Assembly: GCA_963842525.1 (NCBI GenBank)
Contig: CAWJGT010000017.1
Coordinates: 1-18,661, forward strand
Direction: 5' to 3'
DNA length: 18,661 nucleotides
DNA from: an uncultured Holophagales bacterium
GTDB lineage: Bacteria > Acidobacteriota > Thermoanaerobaculia > Multivoradales > UBA5704
The notes under the pieces were generated by a model. That model was not told where the DNA came from, made no database searches, and was given only the letters and a program-made list of their open reading frames with translations. Position 1 is the first letter of the stretch. Each line of letters starts with the position of its first letter. A program made the translations under genes and the position numbers. Below are positions 1 to 9,148 of the stretch, piece after piece.

Positions 1-17
1 CTCGATTCCGCGCACCA
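1..17 (+). tRNA. Possible 3' end of a tRNA gene or att-site remnant, truncated by the window edge
   Basis: Reads TCCGCGC-A-CCA (acceptor strand, discriminator A, CCA), followed almost at once by an intrinsic terminator. The T-stem register is imperfect (no C at the expected position 61), and only 17 nt are visible. Confidence 0.4.
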
Positions 18-18
18 C

Positions 19-48
19 AAGCCCCCGGGGCGACCCGGGGGCTTTTTT
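19..48 (+). terminator. Rho-independent terminator, possibly also ending the convergent HNH gene
   Basis: AAGCCCCCGGG-GCGA-CCCGGGGGCTT: perfect 11-bp stem, GNRA tetraloop and a run of six Ts on +. Confidence 0.9.
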
Positions 49-63
49 GCAGCAGCGGAGGGT

Positions 64-873
64 TCACACTCCAAACACCGCCGGATCACGCACCACCGCC
101 CGGGCGGCCGCGGCGTACTCACTGGAGTCCGCGAGGAGGAACCGCTCCAGGTGACTGCGGAACTCGCGCGCCGCGTCCGGATCGCCGCCTGCTTCGAGCT
201 TGCGGATGGCCTTGAGGTCGAAGATGGCCGCGGCGATCGCCTTCATCCGCCGCTTGCGCAGGCGCCGCCGGTTGAGATGAAAGACCTTGATCGAAGCCTC
301 TCCCTTCCGGTCTCCGGCCACGGCGACGACAACGCCGTCGACGGCAAAACGCAGGTGATTCTCCGGCTGGTCCTCGCAGGGATCGATCAAGAGGCGCTTT
401 TCGCCCTTCAGATCGACATCAGGAGCCATGACCCGCGTGGACTCATCCTCCAAGGGGAATTGGTCCAGCTTGCCAGCCGTGCCCCCGGGCGAAGGATCGT
501 CCCAACTCGGCTTGTCCTTACGATTCTGATTGCAGTGCTGGCAGGATGGATAGAGATTGGCCCAGGTATAGGTCAGCCAGTAGTAGCCCGGGTGATCGGG
601 GCGCTTGGCCACCTTGCCCTTGGGCCGGAAGTGCTCCACGTCCCAATCGAAGCCGGCGGTGACGTCCGTCTCGCAATAAGCGCACTTGTCGTGGAACAGC
701 TCTTCGAGGGCGGCCTTCACCTGATCGTGGGCGTAGACCTTCTTGTCGGCATTGTGCTTGCCGGCCTCCTCCCTGGCCTTCTGGGTTGCCTTTTCGGCGG
801 CCTTGTCCCAGGCCTCGTCGGGCCGGATCGGCCGGCTCCGCTCGTCGGTCCTGTTCCGATCGATGTGGATCAT
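64..873 (-). CDS. HNH endonuclease, Septu PtuB / retron-associated HNH-like
   Basis: Motifs KCAYCE, DVEHFRPK, WANLYPSCQHCNQ, FPL and LLIDPC. Starts 9 nt downstream of the ATPase stop. Confidence 0.88.
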   Translation of the reverse strand: MIHIDRNRTDERSRPIRPDEAWDKAAEKATQKAREEAGKHNADKKVYAHDQVKAALEELFHDKCAYCETDVTAGFDWDVEHFRPKGKVAKRPDHPGYYWLTYTWANLYPSCQHCNQNRKDKPSWDDPSPGGTAGKLDQFPLEDESTRVMAPDVDLKGEKRLLIDPCEDQPENHLRFAVDGVVVAVAGDRKGEASIKVFHLNRRRLRKRRMKAIAAAIFDLKAIRKLEAGGDPDAAREFRSHLERFLLADSSEYAAAARAVVRDPAVFGV

Positions 874-882
874 CGCGACAGA

Positions 883-2079
883 TCAGAGGCCGTGCTTGTC
901 GACGAGCCGTTTGAGCTCGCGCATCATCTCGTCCTGGCGCGTTTCGGGGACCGGCTTCTCGTGGATCTCGAAGGCCAGGCTACGCAGCTCTCGCGTTTCA
1001 CCCGCACCCCGGGTGCGCGCCGGGATGGCGGCGAGATCGTGATAACGGGAGAGCTTCTCGCGCATCTCAGGCGCATAGACTTCGGTATCGAAGAGCCGCT
1101 CGTCTTGCAGCATGTCCTCGGCTGAATAGCCGGAAAAGTCAGGGACGTTCTCCTCCCGGACCACTTCGTCTCCCTCGCGCTGCAGCACCACCAACTCGTC
1201 CGGAGAGGCATCGAGGGCCACCAGAGGACTGTGGGTGGTGGCGAAGATCTGCATCTCGGGAAAGGCTTCCGTGATCCGCGGCAGGACCTCCGCCTGCATC
1301 GAGGGGTGGAGGTGCTGCTCAAGCTCATCGATCAGGAGGATGCCTTGGACGTGGCCCTCAGGTGTGATGCGGTCCGCCTGCATCGCGCGGCCGTAGAGGT
1401 CTACCATCCAACTGAAGGTCATCCGATAACCGTCCGCCCATCCTTCCAGGCGCACCCGGCCGAGGTTCGGCCCCGCAACTTCAATTCCTCCTCCTGTCGG
1501 AAGCAGAATCTCGTCCTCGGCACTCAAACCCAAAACCTTCTTGATCCCCAGAAGAGCCGCATTGTACTTGGCGGTCCCGAGAAAGTCCCCGAGCCGGCGC
1601 AGCGTCAGCTCCGGGTCGAGCAGAGTGCGGCGATAGTCGAAGAGTGTATAGACCGCATCGGCGATCCGGTATTCCCTGCCGGTATCAGAACCCGCGCCGA
1701 AGCGGCCCGCTCCATATCCGCAGACGAAAAGCTGCGGCCGCAGGGAGGATGCCGATCTCTGGTGGACGCTCTCCTTACCGTTCTCTCTCCGTAGGGTCGT
1801 AGCAAGCAGCGGTCCTCCATCCTTGAAGTCCACCCGGACCTCAATCCTGCCCTCGTCTGCCCCGGTATGGATCAGCACCCCGATCGGCTCCGAGATCAGT
1901 GAGTTCGCGTCCGTCAGATCGCAGAGGCCCAGAGCAATCGCCCGCAGCACACTGGTCTTGCAGGTCCCGTTCTTCCCGATGATCACCGTCCGCCGCCGAG
2001 GCCCATCCTTGCCGGAAAGGTCAATCTCCAGCTCCCGGAAGCCGCGGATGTTCTCCAGGCGAATGCGCGAGATGTACAT
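883..2079 (-). CDS. ABC/AAA_21-type ATPase, Septu PtuA-like
   Basis: N-terminus MYISRIRLENIRGF; Walker A-like GKNGTCKTS; GYGAGR; signature-like WADGYR; Walker B/D-loop ILLIDELEQHLHP; H-loop ATTHSP. Confidence 0.9.
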   Translation of the reverse strand: MYISRIRLENIRGFRELEIDLSGKDGPRRRTVIIGKNGTCKTSVLRAIALGLCDLTDANSLISEPIGVLIHTGADEGRIEVRVDFKDGGPLLATTLRRENGKESVHQRSASSLRPQLFVCGYGAGRFGAGSDTGREYRIADAVYTLFDYRRTLLDPELTLRRLGDFLGTAKYNAALLGIKKVLGLSAEDEILLPTGGGIEVAGPNLGRVRLEGWADGYRMTFSWMVDLYGRAMQADRITPEGHVQGILLIDELEQHLHPSMQAEVLPRITEAFPEMQIFATTHSPLVALDASPDELVVLQREGDEVVREENVPDFSGYSAEDMLQDERLFDTEVYAPEMREKLSRYHDLAAIPARTRGAGETRELRSLAFEIHEKPVPETRQDEMMRELKRLVDKHGL

Positions 2080-2085
2080 GGCACC

Positions 2086-2091
2086 ATACTA
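2086..2091 (-). promoter_or_regulatory. Putative -10 element (TAGTAT) for a leaderless ATPase-HNH transcript
   Basis: TAGTAT lies 6 nt upstream of the ATG, with no Shine-Dalgarno in between. Confidence 0.4.
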
Positions 2092-2169
2092 CCGCCCTTG
2101 CCCCCACCCCCGCCATTGGCTAAGCTGCCGGGCGGTCTCGCAGCCTTCCTTTCCCATGAGGTGACACGC

Positions 2170-5100
2170 ATGCCCGGACTGCCGCGCCGTTCTGCCCTGA
2201 CCGTCTGCGCTCTGCTGGCCCTGCTGCTCTCAGGACTCCCCTGGACCGCCTTCGCCGCCGAGGACAAGCCGAAGCCGGCCGCGGCAGCGGCGGGGCTTCA
2301 GGACCCGGAGGGGATCTCGGCCCTCAAATACCGCAACATCGGGCCCGCCTGGGGCGGCCGGGTGTCGCGCGCGGCCGGGGTGCCTGGCAACCCCAACGTC
2401 TGGTACGCGGCGACGGCCTCGGGCGGGGTGTGGAAGTCCGAGAACGGCGGGACGCAGTGGAAGCCGGTCTTCGACAGCCAGCCGATCTCCTCGATCGGCT
2501 CGATCGCCGTCGCCCCCTCGGACCCCAATGTGGTCTACGTCGGCTCCGGCGAGGCCAACATCCGCGGCAACGTGGCGGCCGGCAACGGCATCTACAAGTC
2601 GATCGACGGCGGCAAGACCTGGACGCACGTCTGGAAACAGGAAGGGCAGATCGGGACCATGGTCGTCCACCCGAAGGACCCCGACGTCGCCTTCGCCGCG
2701 GTGCTCGGCCACGCCTTCGGCCCCAACCCCGAGCGCGGCGTCTACCGCACCACCGACGGCGGCAAGACCTGGAAGCAGGTCCTCAAGAAGGACGCCGACA
2801 CCGGCGCCTCGGACGTGGCTCTCGACCCGTCCAACCCGCGCATCGTCTTTGCCGGCTTCTGGCAGGCTCGGCGGCGCCCGTGGGAGATGACGAGCGGCGG
2901 CCCCGGCAGCGGCCTGTGGGTCTCGCGCGACGGCGGCGACAGTTGGAAGCAGCTCACCGGCAGCGGGCTGCCCGACGGGGCCTGGGGCAAGGTGGGAGTC
3001 GCGGTCGCGCCCTCGGACGGCCGGCGGGTCTACGCGCTGATCGAGGCCGAGAAGGGCGGGCTGTTCCGCTCCGACGACGGCGGCGAGACCTGGGAGCTGG
3101 CCAGCGCCAACCGCGAGCTGCGGCAGCGCGCCTGGTATTACACGACGATCACCGTCCACCCCACCAATCCCGACGAGGTCTGGTGCCCCCAGGTGCCCAT
3201 GCTCAAGAGCATCGACGGCGGCAAGACCTTCCGCCACGTCCGCGGCATCCATCACGGCGACCACCACGACCTGTGGATCGACCCCAAGGAACCCCGGCGG
3301 ATGATCGCGGCCCACGACGGCGGCGTCGACATCTCGCTCGACGGCGGCGAGACCTGGACCATGCCGCCGCTGCCGATCGGCCAGTTCTACCACGTGTCCG
3401 TGGACAATCGGGTCCCCTTCCATGTCGCGGGCGCCATGCAGGACATCGGTACGGCGCAGGCCCCGAGCAACTCGCTCGGCTCGGCCGGCATCCGCAACAC
3501 CGACTGGTACACCGTGGGAGGCGGCGAGGCCGGCTGGGTGGAGTCCGATCCGTCGGACCCGAACATCGTCTATGCCGGCGAATACCTCGGCTATCTCTCG
3601 CGCTACGACCACCGCACCCGGCAGGCGCGCAACGTCAGCCCCTGGCCGGACAACCCTTCGGGCTGGGGCGGCGAGCAGATGCGCTACCGCTTCCAATGGA
3701 CGGCCCCGATCCACATTTCGCCGCACGACCCCAAGACCGTCTACTACGGCGGCAACGTGGTCTTCCGCACGCAGGACGGCGGCCAGACGTGGACCACGAT
3801 CAGCGGCGACCTGACACGCAACGACAAATCGAAGCAGCAGTGGTCGGGCGGTCCCATCACCGGGGACAACACCGGCGTCGAGACCTACGGCACGGTCTTC
3901 GTCATCGCCGAGTCGCCCGTCCGTAAAGGGGTGATCTGGGCCGGCAGCGACGACGGCCTTGTCCACGTCACCGAGGACGGCGGAGCCCACTGGAAGAACG
4001 TCACCGCGGCCATCCCCGGCCTGCCCGACTGGGGCACGGTCAGCATGATCGAGCCGTCGCACTCCGAGGCCGGCACCGCTTATCTGGTGGTGGACGCCCA
4101 CCGGCTGGACGACATGCGGCCCTACCTGTGGAAGACCACCGACCTCGGCCGCAGTTGGAAGCGGCTCGACGGCGGCCTGCCGCGCGACGTCTACCTCCAT
4201 GCGGTGCGCGAGGACCCGGCGCGCAAGGGGTCGCTCTACCTCGGCACCGAGCGCGGCGTGGCCTTCTCGACCGACGACGGCGCCACCTGGCGCTCGCTCA
4301 AGCTCAACCTCCCGACCGTGGCCGTCCATGACCTGCAGGTCAAGGATGGCAGCCTCGTCGTCGGCACCCATGGCCGGTCGATCTGGATCCTCGACGACCT
4401 GGCGGCGGTACGTGCGGTCTCGAAGCAGGTAACGGACGAGGAGGTCCATCTCTTCCCCGTCTCGGACGTCGTCCGCCGGACCTATGCCTCGACCGAACGC
4501 GAAGGCTTCAGCGCTCCCAATCCGCCGCGGGGAGCGCAGATCTTCTATTGGCTGAAGGCCGAGCCCAAAGGAGACGTCACCCTCGAGATCCTGGACGCGA
4601 ACGGCACGCTCGTCGACAAGCTCTCCAGCAAGGCCCTGGAGCCCACCGGGTCCACCGAGTACGTCGAGGAGGAACGCGAGGGGCTCGCGGAGCTCGCGAT
4701 CCCCAAGGGCAAGGGCCTCCAGCGGGCCGTCTGGGGACTGAATTGGCTCGGGGCCGAGATGATCCCGGGGGCCATGCTCGACAGCGGCTACCCCCTGTTC
4801 GGTCCGTCCGCGGTGCCGGGCACCTACACCGCGCGCCTGACCGTCGACGGCAAGAGCCAGACCCGGACGTTCCGGCTCCTCCCCGATCCCGCCTCGCAGG
4901 TCTCCCAGCAGGACCTCGAAGCGCAGCTCCGGCTCGCCCTCGCGGTCCGCGACGAGATCACCCGCCTGACGCGCACCGTCCTACAGATCCAGTCCACCCG
5001 CAAGCAGCTCGCCGCCCGAAACGAGCTGCTCGCCAACGACCCGCGGACGGAGGCTCTCCGGAAGTCCTCCCAGGAGCTGATCGGCAAGCTCGACGACCTG

Positions 5101-5388
5101 GAGGCGCGGCTCCACAACCCCAAGGCGGAGATCTCCTACGACATCCTGGCCATGAAGGGCGGCGCCAAGCTCTACTCGCGCCTCTCGCCCTTCCTCGGCT
5201 GGGTGCAGGACGGCGACGGCCCACCCACGCAGGGCGGGCGCGAGGTCTTCGCCGCCCAGAAGTCCGAGCTCGACGGCTACGTGGCCGAGCTCCAGTCGCT
5301 GCTCGACAAGGATCTCGCCGCGCTGAACGAAACGGCGAAAGGGCTGGGGCTGCCGGTGGTGTACGTGGCGGCGCCGGCTGCGCCGTAG
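2170..5388 (+). CDS. Secreted BNR/Asp-box (VPS10/sortilin-like) beta-propeller protein, putative glycosyl hydrolase
   Basis: ATG at 2170 follows GAGGTG; signal peptide ends AFA-A; about 11 (S/T)xDGGxTW-type repeats; RNIGP...GGRV start; PGTYTARLTVDG motif; helical C-terminal tail. Substrate cannot be determined. Confidence 0.9.
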   Translation: MPGLPRRSALTVCALLALLLSGLPWTAFAAEDKPKPAAAAAGLQDPEGISALKYRNIGPAWGGRVSRAAGVPGNPNVWYAATASGGVWKSENGGTQWKPVFDSQPISSIGSIAVAPSDPNVVYVGSGEANIRGNVAAGNGIYKSIDGGKTWTHVWKQEGQIGTMVVHPKDPDVAFAAVLGHAFGPNPERGVYRTTDGGKTWKQVLKKDADTGASDVALDPSNPRIVFAGFWQARRRPWEMTSGGPGSGLWVSRDGGDSWKQLTGSGLPDGAWGKVGVAVAPSDGRRVYALIEAEKGGLFRSDDGGETWELASANRELRQRAWYYTTITVHPTNPDEVWCPQVPMLKSIDGGKTFRHVRGIHHGDHHDLWIDPKEPRRMIAAHDGGVDISLDGGETWTMPPLPIGQFYHVSVDNRVPFHVAGAMQDIGTAQAPSNSLGSAGIRNTDWYTVGGGEAGWVESDPSDPNIVYAGEYLGYLSRYDHRTRQARNVSPWPDNPSGWGGEQMRYRFQWTAPIHISPHDPKTVYYGGNVVFRTQDGGQTWTTISGDLTRNDKSKQQWSGGPITGDNTGVETYGTVFVIAESPVRKGVIWAGSDDGLVHVTEDGGAHWKNVTAAIPGLPDWGTVSMIEPSHSEAGTAYLVVDAHRLDDMRPYLWKTTDLGRSWKRLDGGLPRDVYLHAVREDPARKGSLYLGTERGVAFSTDDGATWRSLKLNLPTVAVHDLQVKDGSLVVGTHGRSIWILDDLAAVRAVSKQVTDEEVHLFPVSDVVRRTYASTEREGFSAPNPPRGAQIFYWLKAEPKGDVTLEILDANGTLVDKLSSKALEPTGSTEYVEEEREGLAELAIPKGKGLQRAVWGLNWLGAEMIPGAMLDSGYPLFGPSAVPGTYTARLTVDGKSQTRTFRLLPDPASQVSQQDLEAQLRLALAVRDEITRLTRTVLQIQSTRKQLAARNELLANDPRTEALRKSSQELIGKLDDLEARLHNPKAEISYDILAMKGGAKLYSRLSPFLGWVQDGDGPPTQGGREVFAAQKSELDGYVAELQSLLDKDLAALNETAKGLGLPVVYVAAPAAP

Positions 5389-5451
5389 CCCAGCGCCGAG
5401 ACGCTGCGCCAGCGTGAGTCTCACGCTGGCTTTGCGGAGCGTGCGCTGGGC
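5385..5451. repeat. Nested palindrome, REP-like element or terminator
   Basis: Core GCCAGCGTGAG-T-CTCACGCTGGC (5408-5430) lies inside ACGCT/AGCGT (5401-5405 / 5438-5442) and GCCCAGCGC/GCGCTGGGC (5388-5396 / 5443-5451). It begins with GTAG at 5385. Confidence 0.65.
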
Positions 5452-5551
5452 CAGTGTCCCCCTCCTCTTGGTCCTGCGATATCCTCTTCTTCCGACCGAC
5501 TGAAGAAACTGGCGCCGCGGTTCCGGACCGGCCGCCAGGAAGTTGCTCGCG

Positions 5552-8372
5552 ATGAAGAAGCCCGAAGACCAGGCCCGTCAGAACATCGACGCCGCGCTCA
5601 CCGCGGCCGGATGGGACATCCAGGACGCGGCCACGGCCAATGTCCATGCCCGGCGGGGCGTGGCGATCCGCGAATTCCCCCTGAAGCGCGGCCACGGTTA
5701 CGCCGACTATCTGCTGTATGTCGACGGCAAGGCGGCCGGCGTCGTCGAGGCCAAAGCGGAAGGGACGACCCTCACCGGGGTTGAGCTCCAGACGAAGAAG
5801 TATTCGGAAGGGATGCCTCCCCATCTCCCGCGGGCGTGGGATCCGCTCCCGTTCCTCTACCAGAGCACCGGTGTCGAGACCCGCTTCGCCAACCGCCTGG
5901 ACCCCGAGCCGCGGAGCCGGCAGGTCCAGGGCTTTCACCGGCCGGAGACGCTCTCTACATGGCTCGAGCCCTCCCCCGAGATCCCGCCCGGGCACCCCCT
6001 GCACGGCCGTCCGGCGACGCTCCGCGCCCGGCTTCAGCACCTGCCGGAGCTGCCCCAGGCGGGCCTGTGGGATGTCCAGCACCGGGCCGTCCAGCACCTG
6101 GAACGCTCCCTCCAGGAGAACCGCCCCCGCGCCCTCCTTCAGATGGCGACCGGCAGCGGCAAGACCTTTACCGCCATCACCTCGGCCTACCGTCTGATCA
6201 AGCACGGCGGCGCGAAACGGGTGCTCTTCCTGGTGGACCGCGCCAACCTGGGCCGGCAGGCGCTCAAGGAATTCCAGCAGTACACGACGCCGGACGACGG
6301 CCGAAAATTCACCGAGCTCTACAACGTCCAGCACCTCAAGTCCGACAAGATCGATCCGGTGGCCCGCGTGGTCATCAGCACGATCCAGCGGCTCTACTCC
6401 ATCCTCAAGGGAGAGGAGATCGTCCCCAACCTGGAGGAGCTCGAAGAGCGCTCGCTCTACAGCCTGGAGGGGATCGTCCGCGAGCCGGTGCCGGTGGTGT
6501 ACAACCCGCGCGTTCCGATCGAGGCCTTCGACGTCCTCCTCATCGACGAGTGCCACCGGTCGATCTACAGTCTGTGGCGACAGGTCGTGGAGTACTTCGA
6601 CGCCTTCCTGATCGGGCTCACGGCGACCCCTTCCAAGCAGACCATCGGCTTCTTCCGCAAGAACCTGGTGATGGAGTACGGCCATCCTCAGGCGGTGGCC
6701 GACGGGGTCAACGTCGATTACGAGGTGTACCGCATCCGGACCCGCATTACCGAGCAGGGCTCCAGAGTCGAAGCCGGGCACTGGCTGGACTACCGCGATC
6801 GTCGTACACGGGCCGTCCGCTGGCAGGAGCTGGAGGACGACCTCGCCTATACTCCCACCGTCCTCGACCGCGACGTGGTGGCCGTGGACCAGATCCGCAC
6901 CGTGATCCGGACCTTCAAAGAGAGGCTCTTCACCGAGATCTTTCCGGGCCGCACCGACGTCCCCAAGACCCTGATCTATGCCAAGGACGACAGCCACGCG
7001 GACGATATCGTCCAGATCGTCCGCGAGGAATTCGGCCGCGGCGACGACTTCGCACAAAAGATCACCTATCGCACGGTGGGCAACACGGACGACCTCATCG
7101 CCGCGTTCCGCAACGACTACAACCCGCGGGTCGTGGTGACGGTGGACATGATCGCCACGGGTACGGACATCAAGCCTCTCGAAGCTGTCATGTTCCTCCG
7201 CGCGGTCCGGAGCCGGAGCTTCTTCGAGCAGATGAAGGGCCGGGGCGTCCGCGTGATCAGCCCCACCGAATACCGGGCCGTGACCGAGGACCCTCAGGTC
7301 GAGGTCAAGGACCACTTCGTCCTCATCGACTGCGTCGGGGTCTGCGAGACCGAGCTTTCAGAAAGCTATTCGCTGGAACGCAATCCGAGCCTGCCGCTCA
7401 AGAACCTCCTCAACGCGGTCGGCTTCGGCAGCACCGACCCCGAAGTCCTCTCCTCCCTGGCGAGCCGCCTGGCCCGGCTGGACCGCCGCCTCCGACCAGC
7501 CGAAAGGGAGCGGCTGACCGCAGTCGCCGAAGGGGTTCCGCTACGTGACATCGTCCGTGGCATGGTGACGGCGCTCGACCCGGATCGTCAGGCCGAAGAG
7601 GCACGCCGTGCCGGAGGGCTCCCTGCCGATGCGCAGCCGGACGAGGCGGCCGTGGCCGCTGCCGGCCAGCGGCTCCTCCGGGAAGCCGCGCGGCCGCTCG
7701 CCGCAAGTCCCCGGTTGCGGGACGAAATCCTCGTCCGGCAGCAGCGCCATGAGCAGGTGATCGACACGGTGAGCGTCGATACGATCCGGGAGGCAGGCTT
7801 CTCAGCCGAGGCGCGGCAGAAAGCCGACGCCCTGGTCCGCTCCTTCGAGCAGTTCATCCAGGACCACCTGGACGAGATCAACGCCCTCCAGATCCTCTTC
7901 AGCCGGCCTCATCACGCGCGGCTGCGCCACAAAGACATCAAAGACCTGGCCGAGGCCCTCCAGGCGCCACCCCGCTCGTGGACCCCGGATAGGCTCTGGC
8001 GCGCCTACGAGCTGGTCGTCGAAGACAAGGTCCGCGGCGCCTCGGATCAACGCCTCCTGACTGACATCGTCTCCCTCGTCCGCTTCGCGCTGACCCAGGA
8101 GGACGAGCTGCGTCCCCTTCAAGGAGAAGGTCGAGGAGCGTTTCCGCCAGTGGATCGCCCAGCAGGAAAATACCGGCCGCCGCTTCACCCCCGAGCAGCG
8201 CCAGTGGCTCGAATCCATGCGCGACCATATAACAGCCAACTTGCAGATGGAGATGGAGGATTTCGATTATGTGCCGTTCTCGCAACGGGGTGGGGCACAG
8301 CGAGCGTACGCGGTGTTTGGGGATGAGTTGGGGAAGATACTGAATGAGCTGAATGAGGTATTGGCGGCGTGA
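5552..8372 (+). CDS. hsdR: Type I restriction enzyme R subunit (EcoEI-like), with a +1 frameshift at 8114-8117
   Basis: PD-(D/E)xK region YADYLL...VVEAK; helicase motifs MATGSGKT, DECHRS, GLTATP, VDMIATGTD and QMKGRG. Removing one C from CCCC restores ...RPFKEKVEERFRQW...ELNEVLAA* ending at TGA 8370-8372, which overlaps the hsdS start (GTGA). Confidence 0.93.
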
Positions 8373-9148
8373 GCGATCTAAAACGTTCCTCACTGCCCCG
8401 AAACTGGGCTTGGGCCGAGTTAGGGGACCTCGTCGAGGTTATCCGGGGCGTTACTTACAACAAAGTGGACGCGAGAAGCGAGCCGGCCGATGGGTTGGTC
8501 CCAATCCTCAGAGCAACGAACATTGCAGACCGTTTGACGTTCAGTGAGTTCGTCTACGTACCCGAAAGGTACGTCAGCGAAGAGCAATTTCTTTGCCGCG
8601 GGGACATCGTAGTTGTTGCCTCAAGTGGCAGCAGGCGCGTAGTAGGCAGAGCGGCATTGCTTACTAGTTCCTGGAAAGGATCCTTCGGCGCTTTTTGCTT
8701 TGCCCTACGGCCACGCCCGGAAGTTAACTCACATCTCTTAGCATTTTTTCTACAAACCACTGGTTATAGACGGAGAATTTCAGAGCTTTCCGCCGGTGTC
8801 AACATCAATAATCTCAAGGCGGAGCATATCAAGAGAACAGCTATACCTATTGCTCCGCGCGAGGAACAGTCCCGCATTGTAGCCGAAGTTGAGAAGCACC
8901 TGACCAGGCTCGACGCCGCTGTAGCTTCACTGAGGCGAATCCAGGTCCACTTGCAACGCTACCGAGCCGCCGTCCTGAAGGCGGCTTGCGAGGGGCGGCT
9001 CGTACCTGCGGAGGTCGAGTTGGCTCGAGGCAAGGGGCGACGATACGAAAGTGCCGCCCAGCTCCTTTCAAGGTATCTGTTTACCGTCAGCGGCACTTTT
9101 GGGGAAGGTTTTCCCTGGACACACGTCCGCGCTGGCCAGGCGACCTGA
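8369..9148 (+). pseudogene. hsdS: Type I specificity subunit truncated by the IS at 9073; one TRD plus the conserved helical spacer remain
   Basis: LPRNWAWAELGD start; TRD; IPIAPREEQSRIVAEVE...LKAACEGRLVP conserved region. The last ~25 codons are IS-derived. Visibly more AT-rich than its flanks. Confidence 0.88.

Noticed and set aside
64-2169. Retron (Ec78-like) system
   Set aside because: No reverse transcriptase ORF and no room for msr-msd next to the ATPase-HNH pair within the window.
2430-4300. Recurring GACGGCGGCAAGACCTGG-like DNA repeats as a CRISPR or tandem array
   Set aside because: Irregularly spaced, degenerate at third positions and in frame; they encode Asp-box motifs.
2230-7548. 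Long overlapping ORFs (2230-4449 -, 2430-3926 +, 4958-7315 -, 5836-7548 +) and similar ones elsewhere
   Set aside because: Shadow frames of real high-GC genes: Arg/Pro/Gly-rich or antisense, with no recognisable motifs.
8114-8117. Phase-variable homopolymer switch in hsdR
   Set aside because: A C4 tract is too short for contingency slippage, and similar indels hit housekeeping genes.
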